Positions 1 to 11,705 of a stretch of 64,000 nucleotides of DNA are shown here, one piece after another. The stretch is from Octopus bimaculoides. Lineage: Eukaryota. Below the pieces are notes generated by a model. It had not been told where the DNA came from. It saw only the letters and a list, made by a program, of their open reading frames with translations, and did no database searches. The stretch spans positions 24,070,793-24,134,792 of the forward strand of contig NC_069000.1 of NCBI RefSeq assembly GCF_001194135.2, written 5' to 3'. Numbering within the stretch: the first letter of the stretch is position 1; every line of letters begins with the position of its first letter. The position numbers and the translations under genes are program-made.

Positions 1-240
1 GAAATGATGTTTTTTATGTGCCACCCGCACAAGCCAGTCCAGGGGCACTGGCAACGATCTCACTCAAAAATCCTACGGGAGCCAGTCAGGCGGTACTGGC
101 AACGGCCACGCTCAAAATGGTGCATCTCATGTGCCACCCGCACAAGAGCCAGTCCAGGGGCACTGGCAATGATCTTACTTGGCTTGCCGGGTCTTCTCAC
201 GCACAGCACATTTCCAAAGGTCTCGGTCAGTAGTCATCGC
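1..240 (-). mobile_element. RTE-type LINE 3' region remnant with internal GTGCCACCCGCACAAG repeats
   Basis: Near-identical to 39380-39500, which lies inside an RTE-tail copy; window truncates it. Confidence 0.55.
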
Positions 241-329
241 CGAATTTCAACTCTGTCTGTTTTTTTAATGTTTTATTTGTATTCTTATAATATTAATGTA
301 GGATATAGAATATGGAGTATAAAGTATGT

Positions 330-1468
330 ATAGTAAAATGAAATGAAGTATTGATTGTCTTATTGAATAAATGAAATATTGAATATTAAATATTAAAGGA
401 CTAGTATACTTTCTTGCATTTTAGCAATCTTCAAGGTCCCATGTTGTGACAGGAATGCTTCAACTGTAGTTGACTGGCTGTCTTTTGTCCTTTATATACA
501 TTCATGTGGACAGTAGTAGTAGTTGTTTGGCTATTTTTAGAGATGATGCCAAACCATTTTTCAATGTTTACTTTTAGAAATGATGACAGCAGCACTTTTG
601 AGAGATTTTTTGTGTTTTAGTTATAAGGATAAGATTTTTAAACTCCAAATAAGATTAATTTAATCATTGTTTGTTAAGCTTGGGTTTGAATTTCTTAATA
701 AAGTCCTTTTCTCTCAATTTCATTCAGGTTGTAAAGTTTATGAAATGGAAATATCATAAAAGTTTTTCGACCACATGTTGCCAGATGGTTACTCAGTGGT
801 ATTTGGCAGATTTCTGGATTTTTTATTTGTTGTCGATGAACACGTGAGCGTTCTGATAGTGTATTACCTGTCTGGCCAATGTACAGTTCATCACAATTTG
901 GGTATTTGATGCAGTAGATTAAATTTCTGCTTTTGCAGTTCATGTTCGCGCTTGTGAATAATTTCCCTGTTTTTGTGTTCATATATGGGCTGGTATGAAT
1001 TAATTGGCATGTACCGCATCGGCTATCATTGCATTTAGACAGTGAATGGTTGATTTTTGTTGCTAAGGTCAAACCTTGCCTTTGTTAGTAACTTTTTCAA
1101 GCTTTTAGGCTGTCTTTTACTGAGAGTTATAGTTTGGTCTGCAATGATATTTCTCAATTCCTTACTTTTTGCAATGATTGGTAGGTTTGCTTTAGCGATA
1201 TTGAAGATGTTCTGGTGGCATGGATTGTGTGTCACTATAAATGGTATAATTTGTTCTTGCTTTTCTCTTCTTTGCGGTGTCCTCAGTTGTTGTGTGGGTA
1301 TTTTCATAGCCCACTGAATACCATTTTCTATAAGCAGTGATGGGTATTTTTGTTTGAGCAGAAATTCTTTCAGTTCCATCAGACGCTGATTTCTGATCTT
1401 TAGATCCTCTACAATGGTACAGATTCTTCTGGCTAAGCAGTATGGGATGTTACGTTTTGTATGCGGAC
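330..1468 (-). mobile_element. Penelope-like element (PLE), 5'-truncated: RT thumb/linker plus GIY-YIG endonuclease
   Basis: Minus strand reads HTKRNIPYCLARRICTIVEDLKIRNQRLMELKEFLLKQKYP (thumb), IIPFIVTHNP and SKRQPKSLKKLL (linker), then CGTCQLI..NCKSRNLIYCIKYPNCDELYIGQTGNTLSERSRVHRQQI (GIY-YIG); frameshift near 1050; boundaries approximate. Confidence 0.88.
398..439 (-). ncRNA. Minimal type I hammerhead ribozyme variant in the PLE 3' end
   Basis: Minus strand GGAC-CTTGAAGA-TTGC taaaat GCAA-GAAA-G tata C-TA-GTCC: stems I and II pair, stem III (AGTATACT) is palindromic, core has one extra nt. Confidence 0.6.
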
Positions 1469-3835
1469 CTCCACATCAACCAAAACCTGCAAGATATTCA
1501 TCACATGTTCAACAGCTACGTTATATGCTTCAAGTATGCATTGGCAGCAGCTCCTTCATCAAATTTCAATGTTGTCATAGATGCCTCAAAAAGTCCATTG
1601 GGCGAACATTCTGGATGCTTCAACTTACCTACATGCAACGAAATAACTGTCCTTCTTCACGGTAATCAATATAACCACCGAGACATTGTCCTTAAACGCA
1701 GAGACAACACTCTTCACAGTATATGCAAGACGCACAGATCTTATGACGCCTTGCAATACCCATTGCTCTTTGTGAGAGGAGAGGACAGCTACCAGTTTGG
1801 AATTCATCAGCACAAATCAGACAATTTGGATTGTGTAACCAACAAAACGGTTTCTTGCATGAATTTTTACTTTTATCACTTCATGGTTTGTGACAACTCC
1901 TTCAACCATATGCACTGCTCAGGAGAACTTTTTCATCAGTTTGTCGTGGATGTGTGCGCTAAAATGGAGTCAGAGAGGCTCTGTTTTATCCAAACACACC
2001 AGAAGCAGTTGTGTTCGAACAGCCACATTTATCTGCGAGATGCCCTCATCAATTACCCAGCACCAGATAGCGTAGGCAGACTCTGCATTCTGCCATCCTC
2101 CTTCACTAGAAGTCCATGGTATTTGCATGAGAGAACACAAGATGCTATGACTTATGTCCGTCATTACGGCAGGCCTGATGTGTTCATTACATTCACCTGC
2201 AATCCTACGTGGAAAGAGATCAAAGCTGAATTGTTTCCAGGCCAGCATGCGAAAGACCATCATGAACTCCTAGCATGAGTCTTCTGGTTGAATCTTATCA
2301 AACAAATGGAGCTTCTTAAGGGAGGGCAAATATTTGGCCCCATTAGATGTGATATGTATACTGTTGAATGGCAAAAGAGAGGCCTACCACATGTTCACAT
2401 TCTAATCTGGCTCTTTGTAAAAATACCTCCCAACAATACAAACAAGATTATCTCTGCCGAAATTCCAAACTCATCTACTGACAGATATCTCTTTGAAATA
2501 GTCAAGGCTACCATGATCCACAGGCCATGTGGTTGCGGATTCAGTTTAGACACCCCCTTGCTTGAGCAACAATTGCTGCAAGAAGTTTCCAAAAAAATTT
2601 CTGAAGGAAACACAAACTAGCGTTGATGGATACCCTCTGTACAGACAGTGCCAACCTGCAGATGGTAGCTTTACCATGAAAATTGGACAACATGAGGTTG
2701 ACAACAGATGGGTTGTACTGTATTCATCACTTCTTTCGAAGATGTTCGGCACCCGCATCGTGGAGTTTTGCCATTCCATCAAGTATATCTGCAAATATGT
2801 CAACAAGAGCTCAAACACCTCTATATTCAGTCTACAGCTGAAAAACTGCCAGCCATGATGAGGTCTTACAATACCAAGTTGGCCATTATATTAGCAGCAA
2901 CGTCTTCTGGCGTATTTTTGGCTTTCCAATACACCAAAGGCACCCACCCACCCATCAAGCAACTTGTAGTTCACCTGGAGAATGGTCAAAGGGTGTACTT
3001 TACCGATGCAACTGCTACCAGAACAGTTGAAGAGCCTCGACAAACTACTCTCACTGCATTCTTCACTCTGTGCCAGAACAACCCATTTTCAAAAACTCTA
3101 CTTTATCCTCAGGTTCTGTCCTACTACACATGGACTAAGCAACAATGGGTGTGCAGAAAGCCAGGCCAGCCAGTTGATGGACAACCTGGTGTAAAGTTTG
3201 ACAGCTGTCTTGGGAGAGTTTACACGGTGCATCCGAGCCAACAAAAGTGCTTTTATCTTCGCCTTCTGTTACATGAGGTACGTGGACCTCAGTTGTTTGA
3301 TGGCTCTGTTTGCAGCACTTACAGGGAAGCATGCTTCTAGTGCGGTTTGCTGGAAGATGATGCGCAATGGGAGGTTATGTTATTCAAAGCTGTTGCATCC
3401 TAGACACCTAAGTGTCTACGAGCTCTATTTGCTGTTATGCTGCAAATTTGCGAACTGAGCAACCCTCAGTCTTTGTGGCTCAAATTTAAAGACGACTTAT
3501 TGGAAGGTGAAGTTGCTTTTTCCTGGATAGGAAGTATAAGCAATGAGGTATATAATCAAGCCTTGATCGACATTGAAAATACAGTTGCATCACTTGGTGA
3601 GAATGACTTGCCCTTATATGGTCTGCGTTGAGAGTCAAATTTACTTTTTACAGCTCTTTTGCAAGAGACGTCTTACGACACAGATACCCTTGCCAATTTC
3701 CTCCAAGAAACTGAACCAAAGCTTCTTCCGGATCAACGGCATGTTTATACTATTGTGACTGATCATGTGTGCCAAGAAAAGGTGGTTCATTTTTTCTTGA
3801 TACTCCAGGGGGTACAGGCAAAAACTTTCTAACGT
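1469..3835 (+). pseudogene. Helitron Rep-helicase fragment (frameshifts and stops; truncated at both ends)
   Basis: YDALQYPLLF, Rep motif 1 PDVFITFTCNPTW, HUH motif 2 VEWQKRGLPHVHILIWL (2363-2413), motif 3 KYICKYVNK (2781-2807), GRVYTVHP, helicase Walker A FFLDTPGGTGKNF (about 3791-3830). Confidence 0.95.
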
Positions 3836-4608
3836 TTAGTCAATAAAACACACGCACTATATATTTAGTGTTAATATGGTTCAGCTTTATTTTATGTTTT
3901 ACATTAATTGTATTTCGGCCTGAGTTCTTTCATCACACTTCTGTGACCTCATCAGTGGTCCTTTGCCTTCTTCTTTGTCTTTCCTTACTAACGATCAGCC
4001 ATTTTGTATTCCTATTGTATGTCTTTATTTGCACATGCGTATACCCCTATGTGTGTGTGTGTGGAAGTGCCTGTATTATCTGTATCCCATTTATACACAT
4101 TCGTTTAATTTGTTTTTAATTATTTTGTTCAGTTGTTTATCCTACTTTTTTCTATTCTTTCTTTTTTTTTGCATTTAATTTAATTTTGTTAACGTATAAT
4201 TATTTAATTCCATTTGTTTATCTGTGTATTGTATTATATTTTGTTCATATTGTTATCAGTTTATGGGGATCTTATTCTGTCATATGTTGTGGTGTGTGCT
4301 AGTGTTCCATTCCAGTTTCCTATTCAGGCTAGGTTTATCTTCTATCATGTGTATAGCTTCTGTAATTTGTCTAAGCGTTGCATCTGTTCTATATGTGGAC
4401 AAGATTTTAACTTCTATGTTGTTGAGTGAGCCCCCGTGTTCCAGCTCGGCGTGCTGGTACAGAACTGATGAGCTCTTCTCCAATGCCCATTTACCTGCTC
4501 TCCTATGCTCTGTGCTGTTTCCCCTATGTACGTCGTTGTCTTGTTACTGCACCATCCCTCTGTACAACTTAAACTATAGACTACATTTCTGGCTTTACAG
4601 TTTGTTAG
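3836..4608 (-). mobile_element. Second Penelope-like element 3' fragment (different GIY-YIG type) with 3' UTR/pLTR
   Basis: NCKARNVVYSLSC..CSNKTTTYIGETAQSIGEQVNGH, then SSVLYQHAELEH..TLRQITEAIHM..KPSLNRKLEWN; frameshifted. Confidence 0.82.
3917..3961 (-). ncRNA. Degenerate minimal type I hammerhead ribozyme in the second PLE 3' end
   Basis: Minus strand GGACCA-CTGATGA-G-GTCACA gaag TGTGAT-GAAA-G aa C-TC-AGGCC; core intact, stem I has 3 mismatches. Confidence 0.5.
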
Positions 4609-4695
4609 TGGGCTCAATGAAAGCACAAATAGTGAGCTGTGTTCCACAGGGCACTGTCTTGGGACCTCTGCTTTTCATAGTGGCCCTATATAATA
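4609..4695 (+). mobile_element. CR1/Jockey-type LINE RT sliver
   Basis: AQIVSCVPQGTVLGPLLFIVAL matches the RT motif GVPQG(S/T)VLGPLLF. Confidence 0.6.
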
Positions 4696-4712
4696 TATGT
4701 ACATAAATAATA

Positions 4713-4920
4713 CATCTGTAAATATAATACGTGACAATTATTCGGTAGCTATGATAAAACTCCGCGTTTCGGATGTCGGGGCGGAAACTCACGCCAGCAT
4801 CTCTTCAGTTATCGGGCCCAAAAACTGAAGAGATGCTGGCGTGGGTTTCCACTCTAACATCTGAAACTTGGAGTTTTATCATGGCTACCAAATAATTGTC
4901 ACATATTATATTTACAGATG
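4713..4920. repeat. 208-bp palindrome (98-bp arms, 12-bp spacer), probably inverted PLE pLTR ends with hammerhead-like motifs
   Basis: Arms 4713-4810 and 4823-4920 are reverse complements with 11 mismatches; each carries CTGAAGA GATG..CATC(C/T) GAAAC. Confidence 0.9.
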
Positions 4921-4984
4921 AATTCCTCTATTTACCTATTATCGAGGTCTCTTTCATTCTTTTGTTGTCTTACCATTTCTATCA

Positions 4985-5016
<32 letters not shown>

Positions 5017-5258
5017 ATATATATATATATACATATTTTATATATATTATATAAATAATATATATGTAAATATATACATATATATTACATAAATAATATA
5101 TGTATATGTAAATATATACATATATATTACATAAATAATATGTATATGTAAATATATACATATATATTACATAAATAATATATACATATATAAATAATAT
5201 ATATATATTAAATAAGTTATTTATATATATTAAATAAGTAATATATACATATTATATA

Positions 5259-5289
<31 letters not shown>
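4985..5289. repeat. (TA)n-rich microsatellite with about three copies of a ~40-bp AT unit
   Basis: Direct reading; unit ATAAATAATAT..GTAAATATATACATATATATTAC. Confidence 0.9.
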
Positions 5290-5293
<4 letters not shown>

Positions 5294-6563
5294 GTCATCC
5301 CATAAGTTCTGTCCAATTTTACCTTTTTTAAAATTGAATGAAATTTAATACTATTTTAGAATGTTTAATGGAATTAAAAATTATTTTTGTGCATTTGTGT
5401 ACTTTTAAACTAATTAAATATTATTTTACAGAATAATAGAATTAAAATTTGATTAAAACCCTTTCCAACATGGAAGTATCCAAAGAGCATTTAAGGCACA
5501 TAATGTTTTATGAATACAAAGAAGGAAGCTCTGCAGCCGAAGCAACTCGAAACATTCACTCAGTTTATGGGAAAGAATGCTTGAAAGAACTTGCAGAAAG
5601 TGGTTTGCAAAATTCAGAAGTGGAGATTTCAGCCTTGAAGATTAAGATCGAACAAGATGTCCAGTTGAGTTTGATGTTAAACTCCTTGAGGCATTACTTG
5701 AAGAAAATCCTGCATTATTAGTTGAAGAATTGGCAATAAAGCTTAGTTCAAACCATACAACTGTTCATTGTCATCTTCAACAACTTGGAAAGATTCCTAA
5801 ACTTGGAAAATGGGTGCCTCATGAATTGTCTGAAAGCAACCACAAATCCCGAGTTGACATCTGCTCTTCTCTTCATTCTCGCGAACTCATTTCACCCTTT
5901 TTGGATAGACTTGTGATTGGTGATGAAAAATGGATCTTCTATCGAAATGTTAAATTTCGTAAACAGTAGCTTGGTAAAAGGGAAAAAGCTCAACCGAGAA
6001 GCGAACTTCATGGAAAAAAGGTTCTTCTCTCTATCTGGTGGGATTGTAAAGAAGTAATTCACTTTGAATTGTTACCACCTAATGCAACAATCAATGCTCA
6101 AGTCTACTGTCAGCAATTAGAGCGTTTGAACCAAACTTTGGAGAAAAAAAGACCCACTTTAGTGAATCGAAATGGAATGATGCTTCAACAGGACGATGCG
6201 CGACCCAACACTGCAAAGATCACATCACAGAATATTGAAGAGCTTGGTTGGGAAAAAATTCTTCATCTCCCTTATTCTTCCAACCTTTCTACTTCAGATC
6301 ACCATTTGTTTCGTAGTTTACAGAATCATTTGGGGGACATAACTTTCGCAAGCCAGGAGGAGGTTGAAACTGACATTTCAGAGTTTTTCGCTTTGAAACC
6401 AAAAGAGTTTTACATTGATGGGATTAAAAGGCTTGTAAATAGATAGAAGGAAGTCATAGATAATCAGGGAAAGTACATTGATGATTAAATTTCAATGAAA
6501 TATAACATTTGATCACTTGTTTTCTTTATTCATAATTTGGACAGAACTTATGGGATGACCTGA
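5290..6563 (+). mobile_element. Full-length mariner transposon (1274 bp)
   Basis: Perfect 27-bp TIR TCAGGTCATCCCATAAGTTCTGTCCAA at 5290-5316 and 6537-6563; TA on both sides. Confidence 0.97.
5470..6488 (+). pseudogene. Mariner DD34D transposase pseudogene
   Basis: MEVSKEHLRH start, WVPHEL (5811), VIGDEKWI, LQQDDARPNT, HLPYSSNLSTSDHHLF (YSPDLAPSDYHLF-like); several stops and frameshifts. Confidence 0.95.
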
Positions 6564-6736
6564 TATATATATCAGGTCATATATACACACACACATATAT
6601 ATACACACACATATATATACAGATATATATATATACGCATATATATATATTATATAAACAATGTATATATATATATATATTTAAATTTATGCGATGGAGA
6701 GAGAGAATATTACTTTAATGTGTTAACCTGAAGAGA

Positions 6737-6950
6737 ATAGTGAGTGCTGATCATAGCTAGATCAAAAGCAGCTCAATGATTTGACGGAGGACAGAGCAGT
6801 TAAGAAAAGAAAATTCAGCAGTTGCAACACTGAACATTTTATTATTATTACTATGATCATTAAGACTTGCATCATTGTCAATGTATTTGGGTTCACTTTC
6901 ACTATATTTTGGGTAAAAACATCGAAAGTGTGTTAATTCCTCCACCAAGT
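6737..6950 (-). mobile_element. Possible hAT transposase C-terminal dimerisation-domain remnant
   Basis: SVATAEFSF..LRQII..DLAMIS resembles TVASAERSFSKLKLIK..LR..RL..LAMISIE. Confidence 0.4.
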
Positions 6951-7384
6951 TTTCTTTTAACTCTTTTGTAACTATATTTCTGCTGAAATACTTTTTTTTA
7001 TGTTAATCTTTAAAATAATGAAGAATATATATAAAATAACTTCATTATATGAGTATAAATTAACATGAAATTTTGGTAAAAGCTTCTAATTTAGATCACT
7101 TTAAAACAGGAATTTTGCATCACATACCAAGAGGTGGTCTTAGGTGGGTTGGTGTGAAAAACATTAGCCGCAGATGGCCTCACCAGCAGAGAGATAGCTT
7201 TTACTCTGTTGGATGAAAGACAGTGTGTGTGATAAGTGATATCAAGTACCTCAACCTATCATGTGTCTAAGCACATGGGAGCCTGATATTTTTACTTCTA
7301 CCCAGTAATCTCAATAAGATAGGCTTAGCCTCTGTAGTTTCAAAAATATCCAGTTAAGTCTGCTATAAAATGCTTAATATAGTA

Positions 7385-7655
7385 GGTGCAGACGTGGCTG
7401 TGTGGTAAGAAGCTTCCTTCCCAACTACATGGTTTTGGGTTCAGTTCCACTGTGCAGGACCTTGGGGAAATGTCTTGTCAGTGGATCTTGTAGACAGAAA
7501 CTGAAAGCCCGTCTTAAATATATATATGTGTGTGTGTGTGTGTGTCCCACTACCACTTGACAACTGGTGTTGATGTATTTGCAGTTTGGAAAAAGATAGC
7601 TAGAATAAGTACCAGGCTTCAAAAAAAAAGTACAGGGGTCAATTCATTAAACTAA
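7385..7655 (+). mobile_element. tRNA-derived SINE, family A (octopus-type; exact family not assigned)
   Basis: Box A TGGCTGTGTGGTAAG and box B GGTTCAGTTCC; matches copies at 30395 and 51283. Confidence 0.8.
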
Positions 7656-7664
7656 ATGAAAACA

Positions 7665-8063
7665 CAAGGCCCTGAGTCTGCACTAAGCCCAATAATAACA
7701 AAAGCACTCAAATAGCGCAAACCTCTGCCAAGGCAACACCAACATCCTCTCAACAATTAGCCAGAGGTGATTTTTAAAATGAGAATATCTGAAATAAATT
7801 TAACTGCTCTCACAAATGAGAATACTAAAAATGAACCCAACTGCTCTCAAAAATTAAGTACAAATACAGGAAAAATAATCCAGAATCCTTGTCTGGTACC
7901 AGATTGATCCCAAAATCTAATCAGTTCATGCCAGTCAAGGGGCTAAACATCCCTGAAAGTTTCATCTGAATCCATCCAGCAGTTCTTGAGATATCCTGTC
8001 TATGGACAAACAAACACGACTGAAAACAAACAATACCTCCACCTTTGTTAAGGCGGAGGTAAC
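7665..8063 (+). mobile_element. Possible non-autonomous rolling-circle (HINE/DINE-like) element
   Basis: Ends in hairpin TACCTCCACCTT tgtt AAGGCGGAGGTA (8034-8061); GGCGGAGGTAA-type terminus; family assignment is by resemblance. Confidence 0.35.
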
Positions 8064-8067
8064 AATG

Positions 8068-8245
8068 GTTTTAAATTTTGTGCAAGGCCAGCAATTTTGG
8101 GAAAGTGGGTGAGTGCTCAACTCGTACTTATTTTATCAAGGATGAAAAGCAAAGTTGGCCTCAACAGAATTTAAACTCAGAACATAAAAATGGACAAAAT
8201 TCTACTAAGCATTTTGCCCAGCATGCTAATGATTCTGCCAGCTCA
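8068..8245 (-). mobile_element. tRNA-derived SINE, family B
   Basis: Reverse of GAGCTGGCAGAATCATTAGCA..GAGTTCAAAT..CCTTGTGCCAAAATTTGAA; many copies in window. Confidence 0.8.
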
Positions 8246-10229
8246 GTCTTCTTCTTCTTAATAATAATAATAATAAGAACAACAACAACATAATTTCTAA
8301 TAGGTATAAGGTCACACCTTTGGGAGGAAGAGCAGAGTCAGTGGAAAACCAAAATTAACAGATTCTGTTATTTACTGCCATAATAATAATAGTAATTTTG
8401 TAGAAAAAATTCCAAGGCCACATAGAAGAAAAGTAAACGTACAATATCATATAATATCATGTCAGGTAATAAAAATAGTAATAAGAAAAATTAGACTGGG
8501 ATTAGATTTATGAACTATTAGGAAAGGATGAGCTAGAATATATGTGTGTGTGTATAAGGTGAACCTCATGAAGATGACAAAGATTACACACACATTCATA
8601 TATATATATATATATCTATATCTATATACATGTCATCATCATCATCATCATATATATATATACACTCACAATCAAATAGAATTACAGCAACAATAAGCAG
8701 CAATACTTTGGTTGTTCCAATAATAATCTCATTAAATATTCCACTAGAAAAGTAGTAGTTTAGAATAGGAAAGCATATATTTAAAATAAAAAAACACTAC
8801 ACTAATGAAAAATGGAAATGAGGAGAATTTTTGTAAATCTATGTAAATTTGCATTAAATGTGAAGAGATGGTCAACAACATTGTTTCTGGTGGCATATAT
8901 TTACAGAGAACAGAGGGAAATGATTTAGTGTACTGGAAAATCTGTTAGCTTTATAGAATCGGTAGAGAGGCATTCATCATGTCACTGGAAACTAGTGACT
9001 ATGATTAGTGAAATAAAATTTAAAATAAGCATATGCATATGTTAAATGTGAGTGTGTTTTCCCCTATTGATGTTTCAATTACAACAAAAGAGCTGAAGAA
9101 ATTATCTTGATACAATAACTTTAAACCCAGAATGTTGATATTGAAAACAGATAGGATAATAACTGTGTTGGAAAGGATTTAAAAAAAAAATTTCAGGATT
9201 TACACATACGACCCAAATGCACATCTTACATAGTAGATTATTATTAAATAAGAAATGATAAATAATACACGCTTAGATTTACCTGAGGCAAAAATTCAGT
9301 GAAAATAGAAAATATTAATAAAAACTACTGATAGAATTATAATAACTGATGATAACATCGTTAATAATATTAAAATAGAGTAGTTAAAAAATTGTATTTC
9401 ATATGCTTAAATTTTTAAATAGTTTTAAAATATCTTTTCTTCTTTAAAAAAATTAATAAATGATTGTGTTATGACAATTATCATATCAACATGGCATTTC
9501 AGATAGATGTCTCTTATTTTTATTTTAAAAAACCCCATCAGGGTCTAAAAGACAACAGCTGACACAGAAAGCAAGGGAGAAAGAGAGAGGGGAAGGAGAG
9601 AGAATAAAGAAAGGACTGGTGATAACAAAGTGGTTTCACTTCAAATTCATTTATACAAGAAAGAGTCGACTGACTTTTCATTAAAAAAATATATACTTCA
9701 GAATTTATTAGGATCTGCTTATCTCTTCTTTCTAACATGCTGAAAATACAGCAAAAAATATATCCTTCTAGGGCAGAAAGACAATGCATAACGAATATTA
9801 ACCAATCCAATCTGTTAATTAACAGGCTTTGTAATGTATGTCGTTTGCCTGTCTTATTTGAAACACAGAAAGGGGTAGGAATTTGGCACCCTTTTATTTG
9901 TTTCAGTCACAACATGGCTATAATCCATGTTGCAACACTTTTATATAAACATATTTCCAAGTCAATGAAAGAACTGCTATGCAACCACTTGACATTCTAT
10001 AAATAGCACCCCAATCTCCCTCAAATTACACCATGTCATCTTTAAAAAAAAAAAAAAAGATGCATTGGATATTGTGGTCTTATATGCACAGAGGTTTTGA
10101 AAGAAAAAAATGGGATGGTCATGGCTGGAATACCTTTGATCATAGGAAGCTTACTGTGTAGCCAAATAACAAACATTTTTAATATTAACATCTTTGACAA
10201 ACAAGACTAATGTTTCCAATGGTGGAGCC

Positions 10230-10640
10230 ATAACTGAACTCACTCCAGTATTATACTGATATTTTATTGACTATGAAATAACAGGCAAAATTAATCTGTG
10301 AGAGATGAAGTCAGAATCTAGGTGAGCAAAACTTAATACTGCAATGTATTTATTTGTGTGAGGTTTTATATGTTGATCAACTCACTTTATGCTAATGACT
10401 CTGCCAGTTCGCTGCCTATAGTAATAATAATAATAATAATAGCAGTAGTAATTTTTAGCATAGATATAATGCTTGAGATTTTGGAAGAGGAAAATAGTCA
10501 ATTTAATTGATTCCAGTATTTGATTTGTATTTTATTTTATCAAAGCATGAGTATGAAAAGTGAAGTTAATCATGGTGATATTTGATACAAGCAAATACTG
10601 CAAGGCCTTATTTACTCTTACAATTCTGCCAGTCTAGACA
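10230..10640 (-). mobile_element. Two degenerate family B SINE copies
   Basis: Both end in (C/A)ATTCTGCCAGT / GACTCTGCCAGT with recognisable internal motifs. Confidence 0.55.
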
Positions 10641-11508
10641 TAACAAAAATGAAGAAAATATTCTGTAGATAATTAAAACTGAATTGAAAAAAAACAAAAA
10701 AACCCAGAGCATGTTGATTTGTATGGTATAAAGTATGGCAAAGATATGATATAAACTCAAGTTCATGAGATTCAGCATTTAAAATGAAAAGATCAAGCAG
10801 GTAGCTTATGTCATCAATGAAGATGCATTCTGAGCAGAAAAGATTTAAATAAATTATATTTTTACTTTCATCTAAGCACCTGTATAAACCTAAGATTAAA
10901 CACCAACACCAAACTGAATGGTTGAGAAAAATGATCAGTTTCTTTTTTGGGGTCAGTGGCTGGTGGCAGGGTTTATCTTATCCATGGCATGTTTTAAGAA
11001 CTTCTTTTCAGAAAATGTAAAGATATCTCTCCTTCCTAGCAGAAAATCTTTGCAAGAAAAAATGAAAAACAAAAAACAAGTGTGCTCAGGAGAATCAATC
11101 CATCCATATGTAAGTGGCTAACATTTTTGATATGTAGTAACAGTTAAATGAGGTAAATTGCTTTAGACAGAAACTTTTTTTTTTATCTTCTGCCAATAAT
11201 TTTTCATCATTATTGAAACACTTATCATTAACCTTATTGAGACCAACCACTTTTAATAAGGAAGGAAAACAGTTTAGCTTTCTCTAATAGACCGAACACA
11301 CAGGGATGCAGTTTGGCATTTCAAAAATATGTTGTGTGTTAATGAGGAAAAAATAGTGAACAGCCATGGAAAAGAAGTTCTCTAACCAGCAGATAAAAAT
11401 ACTTTTTTGTCCACAGGGAATGATTCAAAAGATATTAGAATTCTAGAATTAAATAAGGCAGTAGAAAAGATGTAAAAGTAGTAGAATGAGGGTTTGTGTG
11501 ATATGTCA

Positions 11509-11705
11509 TTGAACCCTTTGGCATTCAGACTACTCTGTCAAATATAATGCTTATTTACACACATTGTTTTGAATTAGTCATGTATTGTCCTATAGCTCTG
11601 AGATTTCAATGATGTGATGGTTTATTTTGTTTTGAATGACACTGTAGGAGGCCAGATCTAGCTGGTTTGGATACAAAATAGGTGGAATATTTGGACCAGC
11701 TGTGG
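11509..11705 (-). mobile_element. piggyBac-like MITE copy (degenerate)
   Basis: AACCCTTTGGCATTCAGA terminus; homologous to 26607-26826. Confidence 0.6.

Noticed and set aside
4224-4706. 160-aa hydrophobic plus-strand ORF
   Set aside because: Antisense of the PLE GIY-YIG region joined to a CR1 sliver; not a host gene
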